Origin: Candidatus Moraniibacteriota bacterium | GTDB taxonomy: Bacteria; Patescibacteriota; Minisyncoccia; Moranbacterales; DUUL01 | Direction of reading: 5' to 3' | DNA length: 25,060 bases | Assembly: GCA_018399935.1 (NCBI GenBank) | Contig: JAGYNP010000010.1 | Coordinates: forward strand, 1 to 25,060 | Shown: positions 24,976-25,060 of the stretch, one piece after another | How positions within the stretch are numbered: the first letter of the stretch is position 1 | Layout of the letters: each line of letters begins with the position of its first letter | Notes under the pieces: generated by a model | Told to the model about the DNA's origin: nothing | Database searches by the model: none | What the model saw: the letters and a program-made list of their open reading frames with translations, nothing else | Position numbers and translations under genes: made by a program

Positions 24976-25060
24976 GATATTTAAAATTATTTTTTAAATT
25001 TATGAAAAATATTTTATAATTCTTATAAAATAATATCATTAAAAGTAATCATTGTAAAAG

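Overview
Very AT-rich bacterial chromosome segment read with the standard code. Gene content and streamlined protein architectures suggest a Patescibacteria/CPR (Parcubacteria-like) genome; this is an inference. Left end: the 3' part of a large serine recombinase whose ORF runs antisense through tRNA-Ser(UGA), then a minus-strand tRNA-Cys/Leu/Ser cluster. A minus-strand block follows: LigB/MEMO-like gene, priA, def, fmt and a membrane-anchored tandem rhodanese. Next is an nrdR-nrdD (class III RNR) operon followed by a small free-standing NrdD glycyl-radical-domain gene and a decayed third copy of that domain. The rest holds two orphans, rnc, a short hinge-less smc, rsmI, a TRAM-less miaB, thrS, DUF5320/DUF134 genes and dnaE. 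Top observations: (1) a candidate 'spare-part' glycyl-radical protein for class III RNR; (2) a thrS T-box-like riboswitch combining an ultrashort Stem I (Thr codon ACC in the apical loop) with a transcriptional terminator; (3) an SMC with no hinge; (4) a recombinase whose C-terminus is encoded by the tRNA antisense strand; (5) two apparent pseudoenzymes. All protein calls come from motif recognition, not database searches.
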